Source of the DNA: Candidatus Micrarchaeota archaeon
Lineage (GTDB): Archaea; Micrarchaeota; Micrarchaeia; Micrarchaeales; CABMGC01
Length of the DNA: 64,000 nt
Reading direction: 5' to 3'
Assembly (NCBI GenBank): GCA_021817325.1
Contig: JAKAVK010000018.1
Location: 9,544 to 73,543, forward strand
Shown here: positions 44,702 through 53,980 of the stretch, piece by piece
How positions within the stretch are numbered: position 1 is the stretch's first letter
How the letters are laid out: each line of letters starts with the position of its first letter
Position numbers and translations under genes: made by a program
The notes under the pieces: generated by a model
The model's database searches: none
What the model was told of the DNA's origin: nothing
Seen by the model: only the letters and a program-made list of their open reading frames with translations

Positions 44702-45799
44702 TCAAAGTATCTTGCAACCGTTCTTCGTAACTACAATGTCGTCTTCTATCCTGGCACCTCCAAAGCCAGGTATGTAGATACCCGGTTCGACAGAGCTCAC
44801 CATGCTCTCCTTTAGGATCAGATTGGAACTCGGACCAAGGAATCTGCCTGAGCCGTCATGCACTTCCACGCCTATGGAATGCCCAAGCGAATGGCCGAAA
44901 GTGCCTTTGTATGCGCCTCCATCTGCACTGTCTATATAGTCCTGGACAATCATATGTACCTTCCCGCCGTTTGCTCCTGCCCTTATGGCAGCCATGGCCT
45001 TCTTCTGGGCTGCAGCCACAACCTCTATGACTCTCGCTTTCTTTCCATAGTCCTTTATCCTCTTCCTGTCGTTGCCGAATATGATCGTTCTAGTGACATC
45101 CGAGCAATAGTTCCTCACCTTCACTCCAACATCGATCAGCACAAAATCGCCATACTTCAACCTTGTGTTGTCCGGGGAGTGGTGAGGTATTGCAGCGTTC
45201 CTGCCGAAACATACTATGCTCTCAAATGAATTTCCATCAGCCCCTAGTTTCATTATCAGATCGTCAAAGAAGCGCGCAGCCTCCTTTTCGGTCATACCAA
45301 CCTTCAGGTTTTTCTGTGTAACTAGTATAGCCTTTTTTGTTATGCTGTTTGCCTTGCTTATCCTTTCAAGCTCATACCTTTCCTTGACGCATCTGGCCTT
45401 CTCGAGTGATTCGGTCACATCAACCAGCGCTTTAGGCTTCCACTTCTTGTTTATATCCCTGTATTTGAGATAAGGAATGAAGCTGCCGTTTATCCCTATG
45501 CGCTTTCCCTTGACCTTGTTTATCAGCACTTCTACCTTCTTCTTGCTGTCTAATTCAACAATCCGCATTCCCTGTATCCTCTCCTTCAGCGCGCCTTCAT
45601 ACTCCCGCATATCGGTAAATAGTGTGACCCCAGCCCTCTCCACGAAAAGGAAGCTGTCCTCGTAGAGTCCGCCCCTGAAGTCTGTCAGGTAGACAAAATT
45701 GGCATCCTTAAAGCCGGTGTTCAGCAGGAGTATGCCATCTATGCCTTTTGCAGTGGCAAACTCTCTAGCCAGCTTGGTTTTCAGATCTTTTGGATCCAT
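44702..45799 (-). CDS. M24-family Xaa-Pro peptidase (prolidase/aminopeptidase P-like)
   Basis: 365-aa ORF. Metal-ligand blocks DVGVKVRNYCSDVTRT, HSLGHSIGVEVHD and SVEPGIYIPGFGGARIEDD. Confidence 0.85.
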   Translation of the reverse strand: MDPKDLKTKLAREFATAKGIDGILLLNTGFKDANFVYLTDFRGGLYEDSFLFVERAGVTLFTDMREYEGALKERIQGMRIVELDSKKKVEVLINKVKGKRIGINGSFIPYLKYRDINKKWKPKALVDVTESLEKARCVKERYELERISKANSITKKAILVTQKNLKVGMTEKEAARFFDDLIMKLGADGNSFESIVCFGRNAAIPHHSPDNTRLKYGDFVLIDVGVKVRNYCSDVTRTIIFGNDRKRIKDYGKKARVIEVVAAAQKKAMAAIRAGANGGKVHMIVQDYIDSADGGAYKGTFGHSLGHSIGVEVHDGSGRFLGPSSNLILKESMVSSVEPGIYIPGFGGARIEDDIVVTKNGCKIL

Positions 45800-46250
45800 A
45801 CAAACAGCTCCTTATTCTATTTAAGATGAGCCTTTCATTAATAAAAACGTTGGTATAGTTGATCCCTTTCGTAATCTCATCGAAAGTGGCCCATCTGTAT
45901 CCAGAGTTCTCGTAGTTCACCTTTATCTCATCAGTGTCGGACCTGAAAATGAACATATAGTTGTACCACTTAAACTTGCTCCTCCTGTCGAACATCCAGA
46001 CCTTGAAGCCCTTGCCTAGGGGCTTCAGGTGCGTCCTGGTAAGCGATACTTCCTCTTCAATTTCCCTGTACGCTGTGTCTATGTATCGCTCCGCACCGCT
46101 CTTACCTCCAGTTACAAAAGACCATATATCCCTGTTCGTCAGGAAAGGCAGGTTTCTCCTCTTCAGCAGGAGCACCCTGCTTTTGTATATGATTACCATT
46201 ACAGCCCCAGGAGCCCGGTGCACCCTATACCCGTTTGCTTTTTTCAACAA
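45765..46250 (-). CDS. Nudix hydrolase
   Basis: 161-aa ORF. Intact Nudix box GGKSGAERYIDTAYREIEEEVSL. Confidence 0.75.
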   Translation of the reverse strand: MLKKANGYRVHRAPGAVMVIIYKSRVLLLKRRNLPFLTNRDIWSFVTGGKSGAERYIDTAYREIEEEVSLTRTHLKPLGKGFKVWMFDRRSKFKWYNYMFIFRSDTDEIKVNYENSGYRWATFDEITKGINYTNVFINERLILNRIRSCLYGSKRSENQAG

Positions 46251-46296
46251 CTCAACCTTTTATATTCTGCAAACAAAATGCTCTTAAGTTGTTACG

Positions 46297-47508
46297 ATGT
46301 CAGGCAGCATGAATGTAGTGCGCAGCACGGCCGTCTACCATAATATGGATAACCCTGCGCTGCTAAAGTATTACTACCGTTTCAAGACAATCACCCAGAT
46401 TCGGAACAACGAGGTATATGGCTCCTCGCCCCCTGATCTGTTTGTAGGCAGGCACGGATACCCATACGTGTACGTAGGTCCACTCGTGCCTCCGCAGCTT
46501 GGCGATACCTCGATAATGAGCACGCCGGAGCGCTGGGTCGGGATGACGATACCTGATATAGTCGAGATGCGTTCAAACCTCGTGAGAGGTATGTACAGGA
46601 CAAAGGTCACCAATGCCGATAATGGCAGGATAGAGGAGATGCTCAAGGAGCTTGCCCTGGCGGATAAGTCTGGCGATGTGGAGCAGAAACTTTCCAGGCG
46701 CCCTGCAACTAACATGAGCTTCTCAGAGTACAGCCAGCCGTACGGGCCCAGTGCACCTCTCACCGACATGTGGATAGGCAACATAAAGGCCAACCAGCAG
46801 GTGGAGAAGGCGTATTCTGACACCAGCATGAAGGCAGGCGATGCTATAGTGGAGCTGTACCGGAAGGGAACCCTTGTGTCAAAGATCCAGAAGGCGCTGG
46901 CAGGCGGCCTGCTCGGGACCGGACAGAGGAGGAGATTTGTACCCACCCGATGGAGCATAACCGCAGTGGACGATACGCTGGGCAGGCACCGGCTAGAGAC
47001 GGTCAAGCAGAACGCTCCGATAGACGGGGTAAGGATATATACGGACGTTGCGCTTGACAACAGGTGGATAGTGCTGATGCTGCCTGGCTCGTGGGAGTAC
47101 GAGCTGGTAGAGGCGTGGTATCCAAACACCACCTGGAATCTGGATAGCCCAGACATACAGATATTCTCTTCCTACGAGCCGTATGAGGGAAGGTCAAAAT
47201 ACGCTGAGATAGGCGGATGCTACTATGCGGCAAGGCTGGCGTCGTCAGAGCTGCTTGACGGGATACAGGGGCAGGCAAAAGTCGTGATACTGCGCGAGGC
47301 GCATCCTGGCTATATAATGCCTGTCGGCGTATGGAATGTGAGGGAGCACGTCAGGGAAGCCCTGAGGCACGAGCCTGTGCATCTGGATTCACTTCAAGAC
47401 GCGCTACTATACGTTTCAAAGATGATGGACATACCAATACCGGTCTGGATAAAGAACAGCGCCCTGTTGAGGAGATCGCTCTACCAGAAAACCCTCAAAA
47501 CATCATAG
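46297..47508 (+). CDS. Nre-family protein (archaeal DNA repair-associated, COG1602-like)
   Basis: 403-aa ORF. YGSSPPDLFVGRHGYPYVYVGPLVPP matches the conserved Nre N-terminal block as I recall it. The N-terminal Cys cluster seen in many Nre proteins is absent. Confidence 0.55.
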   Translation: MSGSMNVVRSTAVYHNMDNPALLKYYYRFKTITQIRNNEVYGSSPPDLFVGRHGYPYVYVGPLVPPQLGDTSIMSTPERWVGMTIPDIVEMRSNLVRGMYRTKVTNADNGRIEEMLKELALADKSGDVEQKLSRRPATNMSFSEYSQPYGPSAPLTDMWIGNIKANQQVEKAYSDTSMKAGDAIVELYRKGTLVSKIQKALAGGLLGTGQRRRFVPTRWSITAVDDTLGRHRLETVKQNAPIDGVRIYTDVALDNRWIVLMLPGSWEYELVEAWYPNTTWNLDSPDIQIFSSYEPYEGRSKYAEIGGCYYAARLASSELLDGIQGQAKVVILREAHPGYIMPVGVWNVREHVREALRHEPVHLDSLQDALLYVSKMMDIPIPVWIKNSALLRRSLYQKTLKTS

Positions 47509-47704
47509 CATAATATGCGAGGTAGATGTAAGCTGCGCACGATATGAAGAAGAGCACTGTAAAGCCTACTGCTTTCCCGTCCAGTTTATCAAGGAACTCA
47601 GATCCTATGAAGGCCTTGTTCACCAGCACAATGTCGAGCAGCACCATTGACGCAATGGCGCTTGCCACGAGCAGCTTGTGCACTATTCCGACAATCACCT
47701 GCAT
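47495..47704 (-). CDS. Small 2-TM membrane protein (last gene of T4SS-like locus 2)
   Basis: 69-aa ORF with two hydrophobic helices. 10-nt overlap with the upstream gene. Confidence 0.45.
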   Translation of the reverse strand: MQVIVGIVHKLLVASAIASMVLLDIVLVNKAFIGSEFLDKLDGKAVGFTVLFFISCAAYIYLAYYAMMF

Positions 47705-48282
47705 ACGCCTATCACCTCCAGCCTGTTATCCAGCATGAGCGACAGAAGGATTGCCGATGCCCTGTCGGAATTTAATACCGCATCATAAAGTTGCATAGGG
47801 TCATAGACTACTACCCTAACGTTCTTTCCAAGCGGTTTGCCTCCTACCGCGTGCTCCGCAAGAGAACTTAGCTGCACAAGGCCGCTTCCAGAAGAAGTCT
47901 GCCTGCCCCGCCTTGCATACTTGCCGCTGATTATGGAATCATCATATGCAATTTCGTCGAATATTGCCTTCTTGATGTTGTCTGTCGCAGCTGCATAACC
48001 TCCCCAAACATTCAATCCACCTGTATCGTAGAACGCAAAAACATCGTGTCCCAGCACTTTTAGCGCTGCAGGATCCAAGTCCAGGCCGCTGTAGTGCAGG
48101 GTCATGCGGCCTTCTAACGCAAGCACCCCATGCTGCCTGGCGACAGTCCTGCCCGCTCCGTGCTCCCCTATGATCCTTATCCTTCCCAGCGCTAGCTTCA
48201 ATGACATCAAAAGCAGCATTATCGCTACCCCTGCTATCAAAGGGGCGAATTGTGCCAAGTACTGCGCCGCTTCCTGATTCAT
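47695..48282 (-). CDS. N-terminally anchored protein, unknown function (locus 2)
   Basis: 195-aa ORF. TM PLIAGVAIMLLLMSLKLAL followed by a soluble domain. ATGA start/stop overlap with the upstream gene. Confidence 0.55.
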   Translation of the reverse strand: MNQEAAQYLAQFAPLIAGVAIMLLLMSLKLALGRIRIIGEHGAGRTVARQHGVLALEGRMTLHYSGLDLDPAALKVLGHDVFAFYDTGGLNVWGGYAAATDNIKKAIFDEIAYDDSIISGKYARRGRQTSSGSGLVQLSSLAEHAVGGKPLGKNVRVVVYDPMQLYDAVLNSDRASAILLSLMLDNRLEVIGVCR

Positions 48283-48956
48283 GTCCTCACCAGGTTAAAC
48301 CTTCCAGCGCCTCCGACGAATGCCTTATAGCCTAGCATGTGCATATGGGCCAAGGCGTCCAGGACCTCCTGCCTGTCCAGTCCATTATCGGCAACTACCG
48401 TTTCGATGCTGCCGCTGCTCCCGTATCTGCCCAGGATCAGGGAGCATATGGCTTTGTGATGTGCATTTTCCAGCCTGGATTGCCTCTCCCTAAGTTGCCT
48501 ATTCTCTTCAAGCAGGCTATTTATCCTCCTTGCCAGGGTAATATCCGAGCCACTGCCCGTATGCTGGCGCTGCATATTGGCAACGTGCCCTACCAGATCG
48601 TTCCTGGCCAGCAGCTCTACAAAATAAGGAAGGAGCGACCTGGACTCAACCTCATAGTCGTCAGCGAGCAGTCGCAGTATACTGGCCAGCCTCAACAAAG
48701 ACTCAGACATCAGATAAGCTGGCGGCATCTTGGAAAAGAGCTCCAACGTTATCGTGTCTTGCCCCAGGTGCAATACATAGAAATGGTCATTAAAGTTGTC
48801 TGAGACCAGACTATATCTGGACGTATCCTCCCCTCCAACCAAGCGCATGCCAGGATATGCCCTCATAGTTGCGGTCACGGCTTCGCGTGAGCTCAGGAGC
48901 CTGGCCCTGATCGGGATCCTGTTCATGAGGTAAGAGCCATGCCTATCGCCTATCAT
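48279..48956 (-). CDS. Coiled-coil / winged-helix accessory protein (paralog of 5028..5753)
   Basis: Start uncertain (48956 or 48926). HFYVLHLGQDTITLELFSKMPP, LRLASILRLLADDYEV, INSLLEENRQLRERQSRLE and the C-terminal LDRQEVLDALAHMHMLGYKAF parallel the blocks of the locus-1 protein. Confidence 0.6.
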   Translation of the reverse strand: MIGDRHGSYLMNRIPIRARLLSSREAVTATMRAYPGMRLVGGEDTSRYSLVSDNFNDHFYVLHLGQDTITLELFSKMPPAYLMSESLLRLASILRLLADDYEVESRSLLPYFVELLARNDLVGHVANMQRQHTGSGSDITLARRINSLLEENRQLRERQSRLENAHHKAICSLILGRYGSSGSIETVVADNGLDRQEVLDALAHMHMLGYKAFVGGAGRFNLVRT

Positions 48957-50064
48957 CTCCAATACCCATATGCAATATTGCGAAGGCAAACGCATCTGCG
49001 ATGTCGGCATCTGCAATGCCGGTCTTCCTGAGTGCCCGCAGCATTTCCTTCCTGCTCGCGCCATGCAACACCAACTGCGATACAAGCTCATCTAGCTTCA
49101 CGTATCCTGCCTCCCTCGCAGCTGATATTATCTGCTCCGAGCCATTCCCTTCGCACAGTTCTTCAACAAGTTTGGAAAAGGCATCCATACTGGTCTCTAT
49201 ATCCATCCTATCACCAATCCTAATCGCGATAATCTTCGGTACCCTGATCCCACGTATCTTGCGTATGCAAAATGACCGTACCCCTCCCTTGTGTAGCTGC
49301 ACCAGCAAGCAGCTGCCTACTTCCAAGTTCTTTATCTCCTCAATCTGCTTGCCTGTCAGGCCGTAATTCCCTGCTATCCTATCAAGTGAGGCGTCGTTCT
49401 GCACGCGGAATATGAATACAGTGGCTATGTTTGAGAGGAAGGTTGCATTGATATCTTCCAGCAGCTGCGTTGCAAGAACCATTCCAACCCCATATTTTCT
49501 ACCCTCCCTTATGATGGTTTCGAAGGATGAGCTCTCCCGCATCAGCTTCCATGCCTCGTCAAGTATGACAAAGAGCCGCCTATTCTTCCCAGAGGCGCTC
49601 CTGGCTCGCATCGACACCGCAACTCTATCGAGCAGTTTCAGCGCCTTGCCTATCTTGTCCTTTTCTCTCATTCCTTTAAGACCAACGTAAACGATTCCGC
49701 TCTCGTCTAAAGAAAAGGCGGCATGGCTATTCTCAATTTCGCATCCCGCAGCCTCTGCAAATTCCCTGTACTCTCCGGTGAAGTCCACCAATACCACCGC
49801 AGCGTCAAGTATGCCGTAAAGCTTGAGCATCAGGTTTCTTGCCAAATAAGTCTTTCCGGCTCCTGTTATGCCGGTTACAAAAATATGCGGATTGATTAGC
49901 CTTTCAAAGTCCAGGAATATCGGAGTGCCATAAATCTTCCCCGGCCCTAGGTATATGCCATTTTTCGATGCGGCTGTCATTTGCGCTGCATCAGGCTCAA
50001 TCCCAGCATCAATGCACATGATATTGGCCATCTTCAACGAACTTACAAGGTCTTTGTTCATCAT
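48943..50064 (-). CDS. VirB4/HerA-superfamily P-loop ATPase, locus 2
   Basis: 373 aa from MMNKD (ATGA overlap with the upstream stop). Walker A GITGAGKTYLARN, Walker B FVILDEAWKLM and REGRKYGVGMVLATQ. C-terminal helical module shared with ATPase-1 and the 98-aa protein. Confidence 0.85.
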   Translation of the reverse strand: MMNKDLVSSLKMANIMCIDAGIEPDAAQMTAASKNGIYLGPGKIYGTPIFLDFERLINPHIFVTGITGAGKTYLARNLMLKLYGILDAAVVLVDFTGEYREFAEAAGCEIENSHAAFSLDESGIVYVGLKGMREKDKIGKALKLLDRVAVSMRARSASGKNRRLFVILDEAWKLMRESSSFETIIREGRKYGVGMVLATQLLEDINATFLSNIATVFIFRVQNDASLDRIAGNYGLTGKQIEEIKNLEVGSCLLVQLHKGGVRSFCIRKIRGIRVPKIIAIRIGDRMDIETSMDAFSKLVEELCEGNGSEQIISAAREAGYVKLDELVSQLVLHGASRKEMLRALRKTGIADADIADAFAFAILHMGIGDDRR

Positions 50065-50786
50065 ACCACATCCAATGCCTTCATGAGCGCCTCTCCCCTG
50101 AGGATCTCGCAATCCACGCCAAGATTGGCCGAGAAGAGGTTCGTCATATGAGCAAGGCTCCTCGCGGAGAGCCTTGTAGCTTCTATCTCGTTTGCTGATT
50201 TCGCAATTGCCCTGAGCCTAATCACCACATCAAAAGCCTTTCCATCGTCCCTGATGCTGGCGATCTCCCCTCCCAGGATATCCAGTTGGCGTTTCGTCTC
50301 ATTTATCTTCTGGTACGACCTCTCTGCGATCCTGGACATGGCTATCTCCCTCATCTTCCGCTTTGTTTCAAGGGCCTCCAGCATCTCTCCCTTGTCTATC
50401 TCGAAGGCCGAGACGCTGAATTCGAAGGACTCCGTTAGGTTCTCTAAGATGGGTTTTAGGGATACACTGCTCATCTCCGAATCCTTCCTAAGCCTCAGCC
50501 TGGCGATGGAGACCCCGTAATAGGTATTCCCCACCTGCTTGTACGCGCCCGCCAGGTCATCGCTCAATGTGTATCCATTCCATATTTCTATGACATTAGA
50601 ATGCCGCAACAACAGGTTGCTGAGCAGGTGGCCGGTGCTCTGAAATGCGGCTGCAAGTAGCAGCATGGCGCAGGCCGCAATGAATATATAAGCGTTATAA
50701 AACATTAGCGCTGCAACGATTGCCGCTACAAAGCCGCAGTAGAATGCATAGGAGTAAACCTTGTTCTTCAACTCATATTCTTCCAT
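50061..50786 (-). CDS. 2-TM plus soluble-domain protein (family X, copy 3)
   Basis: About 241 aa from MEEYEL. Two TM helices, VGNTYYGVSIARL, a coiled-coil stretch and C-terminal FSANLGVDCEILRGEALMKAL. Aligns with 8137..8964 and 8966..9838. Confidence 0.65.
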   Translation of the reverse strand: MEEYELKNKVYSYAFYCGFVAAIVAALMFYNAYIFIAACAMLLLAAAFQSTGHLLSNLLLRHSNVIEIWNGYTLSDDLAGAYKQVGNTYYGVSIARLRLRKDSEMSSVSLKPILENLTESFEFSVSAFEIDKGEMLEALETKRKMREIAMSRIAERSYQKINETKRQLDILGGEIASIRDDGKAFDVVIRLRAIAKSANEIEATRLSARSLAHMTNLFSANLGVDCEILRGEALMKALDVV

Positions 50787-50790
50787 ATTC

Positions 50791-51840
50791 TCACAAAACG
50801 GCCAGGATATCAAATGACGTGTCAGATCCGAGCAGGCTTGACAGCTCCCTTATCGAAATACCCGTAATTACCAGGCTAAATGCCGGAAGTATGAACGTGT
50901 AGACAATGAGATATGCTACCGCAGAGAAGAGGCTGCTTACAATGCCCTGGAACGCATCAGCCAGCGAGTTAAGCGGGCTTATGAAATCCGAACCTATGCT
51001 ATACAGCATTGAGTTAGTCGCCACCGGGTGCAGATTTCCAAGAGCGGTGCTCTCCACAGAAGCTGCGCTTACCGTCAGCTGCTGTACGCCTGTCGAGTTG
51101 ACATTGACAGAGTAGGAATTCGCAATTGTGGCATCAAGCACATAAGAGAGAGGCAGCACCACATACAGTCCTATAACCAAGGCAATCAGGAAGCCGCCGA
51201 GCTTTCTTGTCGGATAGAAAGATCTAAGTATCAAGCCTGCAGGCAATATAACGCTAAGCGAGCTAACCGATATGAAGATGAGTATCGATGACTGGACAGT
51301 AGCGCCTATTGCTACGGTGCTGAGTATCCTGATCAGATACTGTACCTGCGAAAGTATCGGATTTACGACCTGTGCAAAAGATATAGTCACTACAAGGATG
51401 CTCAGTTTAAGGCCTCCTATCATCCCTAGCACCGTACTCAGGCCAAGAAGCGCGGTTATCATGACTAGGGTAGCGGATAGTATCGAAGGATGGTAAGTAT
51501 TGGAAAGCGTGTAGCCTGAACCAGCAAGGTAATTATAGGCAAAGCATATCGCCGCATTCTGGAAGAGATACGCAGGGCACTGCATGCTTACTCCATTACT
51601 CATTGTAGCGGCATATATGAACCGGCTTACTATGCCATTTGCGGAGAAGGCCGCGAGCAGGCCTCCGACCAAGGCGCCGTTTATCACCGCCTGGTATACT
51701 TCTCCCCTGCCAAATTCCCTGAGTCGCTTATCATTCAAGGCATAGCCCAATCCCAAGGCAATTCCGCTCAAAGCCAGCATTATGCCTATCACGCCTATTG
51801 CAATGCCGTAGCCGTACGCACCAAATGGCTGATCCAGCAT
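50791..51840 (-). CDS. Polytopic membrane protein, paralog P7 (single copy in locus 2)
   Basis: 349-aa ORF. N-module NDKRLREFGRGEVYQAVING and family motif AGLILRSFYPTRKLGGFLIALVIGLYVVLP. Lacks the cleavable-looking signal peptide of P1-P6. Confidence 0.7.
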   Translation of the reverse strand: MLDQPFGAYGYGIAIGVIGIMLALSGIALGLGYALNDKRLREFGRGEVYQAVINGALVGGLLAAFSANGIVSRFIYAATMSNGVSMQCPAYLFQNAAICFAYNYLAGSGYTLSNTYHPSILSATLVMITALLGLSTVLGMIGGLKLSILVVTISFAQVVNPILSQVQYLIRILSTVAIGATVQSSILIFISVSSLSVILPAGLILRSFYPTRKLGGFLIALVIGLYVVLPLSYVLDATIANSYSVNVNSTGVQQLTVSAASVESTALGNLHPVATNSMLYSIGSDFISPLNSLADAFQGIVSSLFSAVAYLIVYTFILPAFSLVITGISIRELSSLLGSDTSFDILAVL

Positions 51841-51844
51841 GGTC

Positions 51845-52231
51845 TTACCCTGTAGTCAAGTTAGGGGTGCTATTGCTTAGGAGATGCGCAGAGGTTACGG
51901 CAAGGCCTGTGGAGGCTACGGACAGCACTGCGACTATTATCGCCCCGATTATTATGTCTATTGCCATGGTGTGCAGGGAAGCCCTTTTGTACGAAGGTAG
52001 CAATTGCCCAAGCGCGTAAAAGATGCCTGCGGTTATGAACAGTACAGTGCTTAGTATGGGGCCTATCTGCATCAGGAGCTTCTGGATGGTATTTAGCGTG
52101 CCCACGATATCCAGACCCACGCCAGCCGCCTGCGATGTGTGCTGGATTCCTGCCGCCAAGACAAGCATAAACAACGGCACCCTAAACACGCTATTCAATA
52201 CCCAATTTGTTATATCCATATACACAACCAT
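51845..52231 (-). CDS. VirB2/TrbC/CedA1-like pilin, locus 2
   Basis: 128-aa ORF. Signal-like VPLFMLVLAAGIQHTSQAAG, helix 1 LNTIQKLLMQIGPILSTVLFITAGIFYALGQLL and basic loop PSYKRASLH. Helix 2 TMAIDIIIGAIIVAVLSVAS, then a Ser/Thr tail. Divergent in sequence from pilins A and B but with the same layout. Confidence 0.65.
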   Translation of the reverse strand: MVVYMDITNWVLNSVFRVPLFMLVLAAGIQHTSQAAGVGLDIVGTLNTIQKLLMQIGPILSTVLFITAGIFYALGQLLPSYKRASLHTMAIDIIIGAIIVAVLSVASTGLAVTSAHLLSNSTPNLTTG

Positions 52232-52264
52232 ATACTTTAGTAAACAATTTTATATCTGAATATA

Positions 52265-52274
52265 TATTTAAATC
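52265..52274 (-). promoter_or_regulatory. TATA-like box upstream of the locus-2 pilin
   Basis: ATATTTAAAT lies 34-43 nt upstream of the ATG at 52231 in the divergent intergenic region. A second element, ATTTAAAA at 52301-52308, faces the plus-strand prenyltransferase gene. Confidence 0.4.
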
Positions 52275-52354
52275 TTTCTCTAGGGAAGTGCTTACCGCAA
52301 TTTAAAAGGGAAAAAATCGCAAAGTGTTTTAAACTTGGAGCAGATAATTTACTC

Positions 52355-53251
52355 ATGCTCAGGTATTACCTGCAGGAGCTATTCGAGCCTACATTGCTCT
52401 ACAGCCTTGCCCTTGCAGTTCTTGGCATCTCTGCCGCATATTACTACGGGAGGTTCTCAATCTACGCGGCGGCCTTGGTAATAATCGGCAGCGTGATGGC
52501 TCAAATATCTGTAAATGTTATAAGCGACTACTTTGATTACGCCAGTGGGTTGGACAAGGAACTAGCCAAGTCAAAGTCCGGAAACCTCGCCGGAGGCAGC
52601 TCTCTTTTAGCAAGGGGGCTCATAAAGCCCGGATACACCCTGGCAGCAGGGCTTGCAGTATACCTATTTGCTGCGACCATAGGTATATACTTCTTGATCA
52701 TGCAAATACAACTGCTTCCAATACTGGTTGTAGCCAGCCTATCGATTCTGCTCTATGCACGTTTTGCTAAGAAGGTGCCATATCTCTCAGAGCCCCTATG
52801 CACGCTTAATTATGTGCTGATAGCGTTCGGAAGCTTTATCGTGGTTGCCGGCTTCAATCAGCTCTCCCATGCGCTGATCTTCTCGCTAGTACCAGCCGGA
52901 ATCATGCTGGGCGGGAACTCTCTTTTCATAAACGAGATACCTGATAGGGGGGTGGACAGGAAATACGGGGTAAAGCATAGCGCAGTCATGCTGAAGACGA
53001 GCAAGAGAATAGCGCTGTACTACCTTTCCTTCCAGGCAGCCGCATACCTGATACTCGTATCCGGCCTGATCCTCAGGCAGCTGCCGCCTGCCGCAGCAGT
53101 GGCGCTAGCAACGCTTCCGATCACCCCGTACATATTCTACGGCATATACAATGCACGCACAAGAAAATACGGCAGGTACCTTGCGTTTCAGACAGCTGCA
53201 TCCTTTATATTTGCAGTGCTCTTATCTGTTGTATATATAGTGGCAGTATGA
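52355..53251 (+). CDS. UbiA-superfamily prenyltransferase (MenA-like)
   Basis: 298-aa ORF with about 8-9 TM helices. First Asp-rich motif NVISDYFDYASGLD is typical of MenA/UbiA enzymes; a second motif lies near NEIPDRGVDRKYG. Confidence 0.75.
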   Translation: MLRYYLQELFEPTLLYSLALAVLGISAAYYYGRFSIYAAALVIIGSVMAQISVNVISDYFDYASGLDKELAKSKSGNLAGGSSLLARGLIKPGYTLAAGLAVYLFAATIGIYFLIMQIQLLPILVVASLSILLYARFAKKVPYLSEPLCTLNYVLIAFGSFIVVAGFNQLSHALIFSLVPAGIMLGGNSLFINEIPDRGVDRKYGVKHSAVMLKTSKRIALYYLSFQAAAYLILVSGLILRQLPPAAAVALATLPITPYIFYGIYNARTRKYGRYLAFQTAASFIFAVLLSVVYIVAV

Positions 53252-53261
53252 AGGTGATACG

Positions 53262-53951
53262 ATGAGCGAGAGAGTCTATAGTATATTCTCACAGGTCTAC
53301 CGGAACTACGATGCAGTAAACACGATATGCAGTCTGGGAACCATAGTGCAGTGGCGCAAGGTAGGCGCGCAGGCAGCGCTTGTCGACAAAGAGCATTACA
53401 AGTTGCTTGATATAGCCACGGGTACCGGGGAGTTTGCAATAGCGCTATACAGGGAGGCGAGGAGAAACGGCAAGCATGTGGATATAACCGCCATGGACTT
53501 TGCAGAAAACATGCTAATGGTGGCTGTGCAAAAGGCGCAGCACAAGCACATAAAGATAAACTTCGAGCATGGGGATGCGATGCATCTAAGGTACGCGAAC
53601 AATTCCTTCGACGTAGTCACCTCTTCATTTGCGTTGAGGAATGTCGATGACCTCGGTAAGTTCTCAAAGGAGGCCTACAGGGTGCTCAAGAAGGGTGGCA
53701 AATTCGTATTCATGGACATGGCGAGGCCTGACAATGCCGCAAGCAGGGCATTCCTGAAAGCATTCTGGGTGGCGACCAGCGGCGTAGGCAACCTCTCGGA
53801 AAACAAGGACGCATTCAAATGGCTCATGGAGAGCATAGAAAGATTCGACAAGAGGAAATTCGTCAGGATCTTAAGAAAAGCGAAGTTCAAGGGCATACGG
53901 ATGAGAAACCTGAGATCCGGAGCCGCATTCATGGTTACTGGCCACAAGTAG
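53262..53951 (+). CDS. UbiE/MenG-type SAM-dependent methyltransferase
   Basis: 229-aa ORF. YDAVNTICSLGTIVQWRK (UbiE N-block), SAM motif I LLDIATGTGEF, and FALRNVDD. Confidence 0.75.
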   Translation: MSERVYSIFSQVYRNYDAVNTICSLGTIVQWRKVGAQAALVDKEHYKLLDIATGTGEFAIALYREARRNGKHVDITAMDFAENMLMVAVQKAQHKHIKINFEHGDAMHLRYANNSFDVVTSSFALRNVDDLGKFSKEAYRVLKKGGKFVFMDMARPDNAASRAFLKAFWVATSGVGNLSENKDAFKWLMESIERFDKRKFVRILRKAKFKGIRMRNLRSGAAFMVTGHK

Positions 53952-53980
53952 GCGGTTTCTTGGGGGACTGGAATTCTGAG

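Noticed and set aside
46374-47156. 260-aa minus-strand ORF
   Set aside because: It lies entirely antisense to the Nre-family gene, which has a recognisable conserved block. The translation is Ser/Pro-rich and low in complexity.
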